From an uncultured Acidobacteriota bacterium (GTDB lineage Bacteria > Acidobacteriota > Terriglobia > UBA7540): a stretch of DNA of 64,000 nucleotides. Shown in pieces: positions 19,020 through 27,647 of the stretch. Position 1 is the first letter of the stretch, and each line of letters opens with the position of its first letter. The translations under genes were made by a program, and so were the position numbers. The stretch is from assembly GCA_963804995.1 (NCBI GenBank), contig CAWDSK010000003.1:1472001-1536000 (forward strand), read 5' to 3'. The notes beneath the pieces are model-generated. The model was not told where the DNA came from. It searched no databases and saw only the letters and a list, made by a program, of their open reading frames with translations.

Positions 19020-21814
19020 TAGAAGCTGAACTTTAGCCCCAGTTGCACGACGCGTCCACCATGCGAGCCGATGATCTTGCCGGCATCAACGTTGGGTGCG
19101 TCAGCGGGGCCGATGTTGGGATCGGGATAGTTCCAGTTGCCGTGATTCAAAAAGTTGAAAGCTGTAGCCGTGAACTCCAGAGCGCGATCGCTTCCCATGC
19201 GCAGGCGCTTACCCAGGCTGACATCCATGGAATTGAAGCCTGGCCCTAACAGGTCAGGCTCCGTGCGGGGGCCGTTGCCCAGGGTGAAGTCAGGTGGCTG
19301 ATCGAAGGCCGCGGGGTTATACCACCCGGACGGCCCCGGACTTGCCACGTGCGGGTCGACACCCGGCACCACGTTGACGTTCAGGGTGGTCAGCACGCCT
19401 CCCGTGTTGTTGAATTCCGGATGCAGGCCCAGGGGTGTTCCGTCGTTCCAGTAAGCCGTGCCGCTCAGCGACCAGCCACTCAGCAGCGCTCCGCCCAGGC
19501 CGGGAAAATGGAGCCAGGGCTGGTCGGCGCCAAAGGGCAGCTCATAAATATAACTTAGTTGTAAATACTGAGGCGTGTTATACGACGTTAACGCCCAATC
19601 GTTACGAAAGTTGAGGAAATCCTGGTTCCCATAAGGTCCCGAATAGTCGTCGAGCTGCTTCGAGAATTCGTAGTAAGCCGTGAAGGTGAGCCCGAAAGAG
19701 GCGCGCTTCTCTAACCTGACAAAGCCGGAATCCCGCTGGTACCGGCCTGCCGGGTAGAGACCGTAAACGTCGAAACCCCAGAACTGCGGGTAGGGTTGCA
19801 GGGTTTCCCGGAAGGTTTGGGTATAGAGCGCGTCCCCGTAACTCAGGTTGCTGGGGTTGATGGCATTGGGGTTGGCGGCCGCGTTGCCCACCAGGGTGTC
19901 CCGGCCGTAGGTGTGGTGAGCCCCCGCCGAAACCACCAGGGAGAAGGGTATCTCACGCTCGACAGATAGCACCGCCGATTGATAGACGGGCTCCCGCTTC
20001 GACAAATCAATGAAATCCGCCGTCGTATTGTCGGCAGCCGAGGGGCTGAGATCCGGCAGCGGCATGCCCAGCGGCGGCAGGGGGGCCGCGAGGTTGAGCG
20101 CGGGACTGAGCTGAGTGTTCGGTGAGATGAAGGTTTGGCGGGCGTTAAAACCCTGCGTGCCCCACTGGCCGTCGTAAATTGGAACCTGGGTGTGCCAGCG
20201 GTCGAAGGAAGCCCGCACCACGGTTTTGGGATTGCCGCGGGGGTTCCAGGTGATTCCCACACTGGGGTCGAGATCGTAATTGGTAGGGCGCAACCCGCGA
20301 GAAATCCCGCCCACCCCAGCGAATACCAAGGCGCCGGGAAGCCCGTTCGAAGGGTCAATCACCACGGGATCGATGGTGCTTTGACGATTGTACTTCTCTA
20401 CCCGCGGTGTATGGAGATTGAAGGTAAGACTGGCGTTCACGATCAAGTTCTTCGAGAGCGCGTACTTGTCACCCATCGTAAGGGAATCATTGGAGTGACG
20501 AAAATAGGAGGGCGAGGTGATGAATGTGCGTTCCGCATAGGCCGGCAGGCCCAATAGAAAGCTTGCAAAGGGATATCCGGTGTCGATGATCCCCGGCAGG
20601 CTGGTGATATCCGCTGAGAATTGGAACTCGCCGGAGGGGTAGGCCGCATTGAACGAATTTACCGCGTAGTGAAAGAGTTCAGCCGTCAACCGCAAGGAGT
20701 GTTTGCCCTTTTGGGCCGACAGCTCGTCGCGAAGGTCGAGCCAAATATGGGCGTTGCGAGTGTCCGGATATCCCGTGCCCATGGAAAGATAGTCGCCGAG
20801 TTGATAATTTGGGAAGGCGGCTTGAGTATTGGCTCCCGACTGCACCACGCCGGAACTTGCCGTCAGGCTTACAGAGTTGACGGTCTTGGAGCTGGCTGTA
20901 TAAACGTAGTCGAGCTCCGTGCGCCACGTGGAAAAATGTTGTTCCGGCGCCGTGGGGCTCGCGAGGTTCGGAAAGTACTTGGCGGAGCTCAGAAAACCTC
21001 TGGAAATCGTGGTGAGCAAGGTCAGCCGGTGCCGGTCGCCAAAAGGATGGTCAAGCTTGGCAATGATTCCGTCCGCAGTGTCTAATTGCGGGGCATTGAC
21101 GAAGTAGTTGTTTTGAAAAAACGGCCCGATGTCGGTGTTGGGCGCAGGATAAAGGGATAAAGCCTGCTGGACGTTCGCGGCCAGGCGGGAGGACGGAATA
21201 ATGTTTCCGGGAAACTGCGAACGCAAGTACTGAAGGTTGGTCGTCGAGACCGCCTGGGTCGGATCGTAAGCCGGATTGGGAGTAGTCGCGTTCGGGTCAT
21301 AAATGGGCAGCGGCAGGCCGGCTTCGTCCACCGTTTGCGAGAAATCACCCTGGCGTTCCGCCATCGTGGGGACGGTGTGCAACGAGGCACGGAAGATACT
21401 TTCGCGGACGCCTTCGTAAGACACCATGAAGAAGGTGTTACCGGGTTTCGCCATCAGATGGGGGATGAAGAGGGGGCCGCCCACATTGAATCCGAATTGG
21501 TTGCGGCGTAGAGGAGAGTTGCTCTCGCCATTTTGCCTCACTTCGTGGGGAATGGCATCGAGCACATCGTTCCGGAAGTTTTCATAGAGGCGGCCGTGCC
21601 AAAGCATCTTCTTGGCGCGTTGTTGTTGTACAGAGGGAGGACTGTCAGGGCGCATCCCTAAATCGCGGGTCAGGACCTTGAATTCGCCAGCCGCTTCCGC
21701 CAGGGGGTCAGGCTGCTTGGTGAGAGAGGGGCCGCCGTCCAGCGCCGCCAGGGGCAACGCGACGGTGAGTACAGTGAGGGCCAGCCACCAAAACCATCGA
21801 ACCAAAGTTCTCAT
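19019..21814 (-). CDS. Oar-type outer-membrane beta-barrel lacking carboxypeptidase-like and plug domains
   Basis: HGRLYENFRND..RRNQFGFNVGGP barrel start only about 50 aa after the signal peptide; terminal RVVQLGLKFSF. Confidence 0.85.
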   Translation of the reverse strand: MRTLVRWFWWLALTVLTVALPLAALDGGPSLTKQPDPLAEAAGEFKVLTRDLGMRPDSPPSVQQQRAKKMLWHGRLYENFRNDVLDAIPHEVRQNGESNSPLRRNQFGFNVGGPLFIPHLMAKPGNTFFMVSYEGVRESIFRASLHTVPTMAERQGDFSQTVDEAGLPLPIYDPNATTPNPAYDPTQAVSTTNLQYLRSQFPGNIIPSSRLAANVQQALSLYPAPNTDIGPFFQNNYFVNAPQLDTADGIIAKLDHPFGDRHRLTLLTTISRGFLSSAKYFPNLASPTAPEQHFSTWRTELDYVYTASSKTVNSVSLTASSGVVQSGANTQAAFPNYQLGDYLSMGTGYPDTRNAHIWLDLRDELSAQKGKHSLRLTAELFHYAVNSFNAAYPSGEFQFSADITSLPGIIDTGYPFASFLLGLPAYAERTFITSPSYFRHSNDSLTMGDKYALSKNLIVNASLTFNLHTPRVEKYNRQSTIDPVVIDPSNGLPGALVFAGVGGISRGLRPTNYDLDPSVGITWNPRGNPKTVVRASFDRWHTQVPIYDGQWGTQGFNARQTFISPNTQLSPALNLAAPLPPLGMPLPDLSPSAADNTTADFIDLSKREPVYQSAVLSVEREIPFSLVVSAGAHHTYGRDTLVGNAAANPNAINPSNLSYGDALYTQTFRETLQPYPQFWGFDVYGLYPAGRYQRDSGFVRLEKRASFGLTFTAYYEFSKQLDDYSGPYGNQDFLNFRNDWALTSYNTPQYLQLSYIYELPFGADQPWLHFPGLGGALLSGWSLSGTAYWNDGTPLGLHPEFNNTGGVLTTLNVNVVPGVDPHVASPGPSGWYNPAAFDQPPDFTLGNGPRTEPDLLGPGFNSMDVSLGKRLRMGSDRALEFTATAFNFLNHGNWNYPDPNIGPADAPNVDAGKIIGSHGGRVVQLGLKFSF

Positions 21815-21951
21815 TTGGACTTCCAACCACCTCGAATATATACTTCGGCCCTTAACGTCGCAAGCTTTCGGAGAATACGGTAGTGGCGCCAGTACATTCC
21901 AGCACTCATTCGCATCGATAGTTTCTTCCCTATTCTTCCCCTAATTTTTAT

Positions 21952-22100
21952 CAACTCCCTTTCTTTTCATAAACATTCTAGGTTAGCAGCGATAAGTAGT
22001 TTATTTTTGTGCAACATTCAAGGTTCAGAGTGAATTTGCGCCAAGTCAATTTTCTATCTGATTTATTTTCATCAACATTCAAGGTTATACCTGCATTTTA
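21952..22100. repeat. AT-rich triple direct-repeat element, copy 2
   Basis: Repeats ..AACATTCwAGGTT with AACAT ending at 21976, 22017 and 22078. Confidence 0.7.
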
Positions 22101-22171
22101 ACATCCTATTTTCATTCGGAATGCCATCAAGGGGGGGATTTAAAGGGTTATGGGACTTGCCGAGTCCCCCA

Positions 22172-22275
22172 GGTAGTGGTGCAGTTTGATGTAGAGGCGT
22201 TCATCCCGATCTGATCGGGACGCCGCCATATGGCGAGGTAAACTCGCCGCTACAACATCAAACTGCGCGCCTGCC
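22172..22275. mobile_element. MITE (GGTAGTG-type ends) carrying a GTAG REP
   Basis: Imperfect terminal IR; flanks gtccccca/atccccca. Confidence 0.7.
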
Positions 22276-22424
22276 ATCCCCCAACTTCATTCGACAATTT
22301 TGCCACCTGGGCGTATATCTGTTTTTTTCTCTTTAAGGGGATCGCCACAACCTAAACGATGATTGCCGTCCAGGCGCACGAGTCTGCCGACCGTTGGTAG
22401 CTCGGCCGCCACCCAATTCATTTT

Positions 22425-22535
22425 CGGGGGGAGTACTGCCGGAAACCGCGGCCGAAATCGGGGACGTGCAGGTTCGCAATAAGGGAACGCTGGGCGGGAG
22501 TCGGGCAACGGCTCATCCTGGGCGCCGCCCGGCAA
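22425..22535 (+). pseudogene. Fragment of xanthine/CO dehydrogenase FAD-binding subunit
   Basis: LPETAAEIGDVQVRNKGTLGGS matches the conserved CoxM/XdhA motif; no full-length ORF. Confidence 0.65.
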
Positions 22536-22664
22536 ATCGTGAATCACTTCTTCACCACGTTCTCAAAGGAAGTCCAACAGTCATCACTCCAACCAGATTC
22601 TGACGTACACGGACAGGCTTGAGGGCGGCGAGCGGCCAGCCCCTTGATGCCCCGCGCAAAAATC

Positions 22665-23825
22665 TTACCCCGCTTGCTGCGAAACCAGGCGCAGGCGCTC
22701 CCCGATGATTTTTGCCGCGGAAGGACATCCGCGAACGAACCCGTAAAAGGGGCCAAAGTCCTGGGAAGCTACCAAGCCCGTCAAGAACAGTCCGGGCACA
22801 CTGGTTTGGAAATCCTCGTTGAGGATGGGGTAGCCGCCATGAACTTTCAGATGAGACAGGATGGTGGCCTTGGAGAGGTAGGGCACTTGACGCATATTGA
22901 CGTGATAGCCGGTGGCCAGGATGATGTGGTCCACTTCTACTGTTTCCCCATCCGTAAGGCGCACGCTCAGGCCTCCGTCGGGTAAGACTTTCGAGCCCTC
23001 GACGCTCCGATGGGGCCAGAGTTTGACATTGGGTTTGCTGACGCGCGGAGCGAGCCAGGGTTCCAATTTCAAACGCCCCTCGGCCCAGAAACGCTTTTCA
23101 ATCGCCTCTCTCTCCTTGGGGGGCAAATGGCGGTACCAACCGCGCACCCTGACCGTCAAATCCATCAGGGGATCAACCCAGGTCCAGTCCGACGCCGTAA
23201 ACAGCGGGGTGTCATGTCGATAAACGAGGTGCACTTCCTTGACGCCGGCCTCTGTCATCAGCGCTGCCCATTCGAAAGCGCTCTGGCGGCCCCCAACGAT
23301 GAGGCACCGCAGGTCGCGCAGCGCTTCAAAGTTCACCGTCTCACAGGAATGCGTAAAGCGGCCTGCGGGGAGCTTCGCAACCAGGTCAGCGGGGACATTC
23401 CGGAAAAAGTTCAGCCCAGGCGCGGCCAACACGTTTTTTGCGATCACGGCTTCACCGCTGTCGAAGAAGGCCTCGAACTCGCCATGGCGCCTTTCCAACC
23501 TCCGCACGTAGGAAGGGATGGTCTTGATACCAACCTCTTTGATAAACCAGTCAACGTACTCAACGTACAAGTTCACCGAGATGGGATCCACCTGCGCCGG
23601 CTTCAGGCCCTTCGTATCCAGGAAGCGCTCAAAGGTGTGGATCTCCAGCGCATCCATGTGCCAGTTGGAGCCGGAGCGCAGATGCATACCTTTGGGCATG
23701 CGGTTCCGCCAGAATTCCATGGGCTTGCCCAGAATGGCGAAGTCAATTCCGAGGTGCTTCGCATAAGCCGCGGTGGCAAGCCCGTAAGGTCCCGCGCCAA
23801 TGATAAGCAGTTGCTTCCTCGCCAT
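22665..23825 (-). CDS. FAD/NAD(P)-dependent oxidoreductase (flavin monooxygenase-like)
   Basis: GAGPYG, GGRQSA and ATGY motifs. Confidence 0.85.
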   Translation of the reverse strand: MARKQLLIIGAGPYGLATAAYAKHLGIDFAILGKPMEFWRNRMPKGMHLRSGSNWHMDALEIHTFERFLDTKGLKPAQVDPISVNLYVEYVDWFIKEVGIKTIPSYVRRLERRHGEFEAFFDSGEAVIAKNVLAAPGLNFFRNVPADLVAKLPAGRFTHSCETVNFEALRDLRCLIVGGRQSAFEWAALMTEAGVKEVHLVYRHDTPLFTASDWTWVDPLMDLTVRVRGWYRHLPPKEREAIEKRFWAEGRLKLEPWLAPRVSKPNVKLWPHRSVEGSKVLPDGGLSVRLTDGETVEVDHIILATGYHVNMRQVPYLSKATILSHLKVHGGYPILNEDFQTSVPGLFLTGLVASQDFGPFYGFVRGCPSAAKIIGERLRLVSQQAG

Positions 23826-24119
23826 AGGATTGATTGCCCCCTGGGCGCAAGCGCCAGCACAAGTTGCTCCATGCTTACGGCCTGATACAGTTGTAAGGTT
23901 TTGAGCGGTTGACCGCTCGCCGATGCGGACACCTCATTCTAAGTCATCCCGCAAATTTCCGAAAGAGGTTATGTATTATTTCTGTAGGCCAGCACAGAAC
24001 AAGTAACCGAAGAGGTATTGGGGGTCTAACCCGGGTTCCCGCCGGTGAGTGGAAGGGTGCGGTGGCTGGCTTGTCACGGATCCCGCCGCACTCCCCCCGT
24101 GCGACGCTGCTGGAAAATC

Positions 24120-24238
24120 GGCAGTGGTGCAGTTTGGTTTTTTGTAGCAGCGGTCGGAGTTTACCCCGCAGGAGCGGGGACCGCCGAATTCGCCAACGGC
24201 GATCAGAGATCGCCGCTACAGCAAACTGTGCCGCCACC
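24120..24238. mobile_element. MITE (GGCAGTG-type ends) carrying a GTAG REP
   Basis: Terminal IR with 8-bp direct repeat GGAAAATC on both sides. Confidence 0.8.
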
Positions 24239-24432
24239 GGAAAATCCGCACATTCGAGGGTGATGGGGATAGAATTGTAGAGACCGCGAGGCGCGGCCCC
24301 GCTCCGCCCAAGCAACCCGGTCGCCTGGTTGAGAAATCCAAGCAAGTGGAAACGGACGGCGGAAATGACAACAGCGATCTAACCAACGCTTACGGCTGTC
24401 CGAAGGACTCCATACGAGGTAGAAAGGTGAAC

Positions 24433-25743
24433 ATGCTGGAGCACCCTGTAAACTCAGCAGTGAAGCACAACGTGAACTCGTCTCGTGTGGCGACGGTTGT
24501 CACCTTACTGGCGACGTTGCTTTTTCTGCACCCGGCTGCATCATCCTGGGGTGCGGCTAATGGCAAGCCACTCGCGGCGGGGGCGGCCACCCTTCCCGCG
24601 GGAACCATCCTCTACTTGCACCTCAAGAATGCGGTCAGCACCAAGACTTCGAAGCCAGGACAAGCCACAACTGCCAGCTTGGTGCGCGAAGTGGCAGCGC
24701 AGGGGGGAATAGCCATCCCTCTCGGCTCGACGTTGAACGGTACCATTGAGAAATGCGCCCAGCCGTCCACGTCGACGGAGCGGGCCCAGCTCCTGCTGAA
24801 TTTTGGCCAGATCTCGATCCCGGGCGAGGGGACCTTCAACGTGAAAGGGCGCGTCAGCGAAGTCAGCAACGCGCGAGAATCGCTGCTCGCGGACGGGACC
24901 ATCGTGGGAGTTCAGGAGAGCGAAGCTCCGGCCTCGCTGCTGGGTGGAGCTTTGGCTAAACTTGGCCAGATGGATCCCTCCATTAACGACCAGATCCAGA
25001 AGCAAAAGATCGGTCAGGTCAACACCGCGATCGAATATCCCGCGGGCGCCGATTTTCAGTTCACACTCACCGAGCCTCTGACGGTGAGGCAGCTCCTCGC
25101 GTCCTCAGGACCGGGCCGGCTTCCGTCTGACCTGCGAGGTGCCGTCGAGAACGTCCTCGGCAATGCTCCCCAGCGTGCCGTAAGCAAAGACCAGAAGCCT
25201 GGCGACCCGATTAACCTGGTCTTTGTGGGTACCGCGCAAGAGATCAGACAAGCCTTCACTCAGGCCGGCTGGACTGAGCCCAAGAAGAAGAACCAGCAAT
25301 CCATTTGGAAGACCGCCCAGGCCGTGATCAACGATGAAGGGTATGGCATGGCCCCGGTTTCCGACCTCTACTGTTACGGGCGGAAAGAAGATATCGCCTT
25401 TGAGAAGACCCTCAACACCTTCAACAAACGCCACCACCTGCGGCTGTGGCAAACACAGGCGAACGCCCCCGACGGCCGCCCCATCTGGTTGGCCGCCGCA
25501 ACCCACGATATCGGTATCGATGTCCACCCTGGAGTCGTTTCACACGCTACCGACCCCAATCTCGATGACGAGCGCACGCAGGTGGGCGCTGACCTGGTTG
25601 CGGCGCAGGCGGTTATGGCCGCCGAACCCGTGGCCCCCCCCAACCCTTTGAGCAGCGGCATGACCGCCACCGGTGGGCAGTGGCATACCGATGGTAGGCT
25701 GCTGGTAATTGACGTGAAGGCCGGTGCGGCGGCGTCCCTGTAA
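24433..25743 (+). CDS. Secreted protein with LssY C-terminal domain
   Basis: GDPINLVF, APVSDLY, RHHLRLW, AATHD and TDG motifs. Confidence 0.8.
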   Translation: MLEHPVNSAVKHNVNSSRVATVVTLLATLLFLHPAASSWGAANGKPLAAGAATLPAGTILYLHLKNAVSTKTSKPGQATTASLVREVAAQGGIAIPLGSTLNGTIEKCAQPSTSTERAQLLLNFGQISIPGEGTFNVKGRVSEVSNARESLLADGTIVGVQESEAPASLLGGALAKLGQMDPSINDQIQKQKIGQVNTAIEYPAGADFQFTLTEPLTVRQLLASSGPGRLPSDLRGAVENVLGNAPQRAVSKDQKPGDPINLVFVGTAQEIRQAFTQAGWTEPKKKNQQSIWKTAQAVINDEGYGMAPVSDLYCYGRKEDIAFEKTLNTFNKRHHLRLWQTQANAPDGRPIWLAAATHDIGIDVHPGVVSHATDPNLDDERTQVGADLVAAQAVMAAEPVAPPNPLSSGMTATGGQWHTDGRLLVIDVKAGAAASL

Positions 25744-26002
25744 GACCGAGAGTGGCCACGGGCGGAAACAAATTAGGCAGCGCTAATCTTCGTGCGGGAT
25801 GGCATCCCGTGCACCACCCGGTGGACACTTCGCCCACTACAAATCTCCTCAAGTTTATCTGTGCCTGGCCGATAGAGATAACAGTGGCATAACCCGCCAG
25901 CGCGGCTGATTGACCCGCCCAATGGCAGCGCTGAGCCCTTGGCGGCAAGTTCGACGACCCCTTCGCCCCGACGAACACCCCTTGCCGCCAAGGCACCCTC
26001 CT

Positions 26003-26130
26003 CTAGCAGGCTGTTGAAGAACCCTTACGGTGCGAAGTAGCGGCGGGTTTACCCCGCCATATCGCCAACGATTTCAACCGCGGATGGCGGGGTAAACCCG
26101 CCGCTACGTCGTTTTTCATCAGCCTGCTAG
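26003..26130. mobile_element. CTAG-flanked MITE carrying a GTAG REP
   Basis: ctagcaggctgttgaagaac ... gtttttcatcagcctgctag. Confidence 0.75.
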
Positions 26131-26196
26131 AAATCTCCACCCCACGCACCCGTAGCCGGTCAGCCTCCAAGTGCGACTTATTTCCAAAGCATCTGA

Positions 26197-26225
26197 TTGT
26201 GCCCATTTTGGGAACATGGTAAGAT
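26197..26225 (+). promoter_or_regulatory. higBA promoter with palindromic operator
   Basis: TTGTGC-17-TAAGAT; CCCAttTTGGG in the spacer. Confidence 0.55.
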
Positions 26226-26231
26226 GGGCGG

Positions 26232-26555
26232 GTGCGCGTCATCGCCCGGAATACGCTCGTTCGGTTCATCGAGAATTTGACCGGCCATAGGGATCATCGC
26301 GCCGTCAAAACCGCACTGGACGCTTGGTTCCACGAAGCCAGGCAGGCGGAATGGAAAAAACCGGCCGATGTGAAAAAGTATTATGGATACGCCAGCCTCG
26401 TGGGGACTGACCGGGTGGTCTTTAATATCAAGGGGAACGACTATCGCCTGGTCACTGCCATCGACTACCGTCGCGGTATTGTATCTATTAAATGGCTGGG
26501 CAGCCATAGGGAGTACGACAAGATAGATGCGAGGACGGTGCAATATGCTGATTAA
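26232..26555 (+). CDS. higB: HigB toxin
   Basis: RVVFNIKGNDYRLV and GSHREYDKID motifs. Confidence 0.92.
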   Translation: MRVIARNTLVRFIENLTGHRDHRAVKTALDAWFHEARQAEWKKPADVKKYYGYASLVGTDRVVFNIKGNDYRLVTAIDYRRGIVSIKWLGSHREYDKIDARTVQYAD

Positions 26556-26922
26556 ACCCATCAAGACTGAAGCCGATCATGCGGCGGCGCTCCACGAAAT
26601 CGAACGCCTTTGGGGAGCGGAGGAGCGGACTTCAGAGGGAGATCGACTGGAGGTCTTGACAACTCTGGTCGAGGCCTACGAGCAGGCACATTTTCCTATG
26701 GATGCTCCCGACCCCATTGAGGCCATAAAGTTCCGGCTGGAGCAGCAGGGAGCGGATAAGAAGACGCTGATCGGCGTGATCGGCAATCGGACGCGAGTTT
26801 ACGAAGTGCTTCGCCGGGATCGGCCCCTGTCATTGGGCATGATCCGCCGGCTGAATCAGACCTTGAATATTCCCGCCGAGGTCCTGATTCGCCCGGTCCG
26901 CAAACGTAAACGAACCGCGTAG
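26545..26922 (+). CDS. higA: HigA antitoxin (HTH)
   Basis: IKPIKTEADH, PDPIEAIKFRLEQ and LSLGMIRRL motifs. Confidence 0.92.
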   Translation: MLIKPIKTEADHAAALHEIERLWGAEERTSEGDRLEVLTTLVEAYEQAHFPMDAPDPIEAIKFRLEQQGADKKTLIGVIGNRTRVYEVLRRDRPLSLGMIRRLNQTLNIPAEVLIRPVRKRKRTA

Positions 26923-27144
26923 TTATCTGCTATCGTTCTGGCAGCAATAGTGGGAAACGCCGACACGGGAGGTCGTAAACCCAACGAAACAGGGTCTGCG
27001 CCGGCCAGCGTAGCGAAGCCGCGCCAGCCGTGCCGAGGGCGGTGCGTCAGTTTTAATCCAAATTGAACCATTATCCCCACGCTGCATCGTCTCGCTCCGC
27101 CCAAAATCTGTTAGAATGACTATTCGGGCTACTCAGCAGAAGAC

Positions 27145-27510
27145 ATGCGCATCGCCATCCGATTCCTGGCCATTCTGACCATTGCCGCGCTTTTTGCACC
27201 CGGCGTGCGCTGGGTGGCCGTACGCGATGGCGGGGAATCGTGTTCTCCCGTGGTCTGCATGTGCCCAAACCATCACCAGGGCACTTCCGGCCAGACGATG
27301 CCCTGTTGCGCGGGTAAAGGCGGGCAGTGTGGACTCGATTCGCCTGACAGCGTCATCAACTCCCTTCTCAGCAACCTGATCTTTGTTCCCACGGAGCATC
27401 ACTTGTCGCGCCCCTTGAAGCTCTGGGCTCCCCACCCAGTGGCGGCCAGTTCGAACCTCTTACCCTCACACGATCAACCTCTTGACCAGCCTCCGCGCCC
27501 CACTCTCTGA
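27145..27510 (+). CDS. Small Cys/His-rich exported protein, DUF2946/CutF-like leader
   Basis: N-terminal hydrophobic segment; CSPVVCMCPNHH..CC..C; C-terminal DQPPRP. Confidence 0.65.
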   Translation: MRIAIRFLAILTIAALFAPGVRWVAVRDGGESCSPVVCMCPNHHQGTSGQTMPCCAGKGGQCGLDSPDSVINSLLSNLIFVPTEHHLSRPLKLWAPHPVAASSNLLPSHDQPLDQPPRPTL

Positions 27511-27647
27511 TTCCTCATTGAAAACCATTTTGCGCGCCTTCTGTCGCAGGAAAAGGTGAAGGACCCTAGGACATCATCAGATGTCCGTGGTTACGGAATC
27601 GTCCGCGCCCGGCGCTCAATTCATATCCATACTTTCACGAGGTGCAC

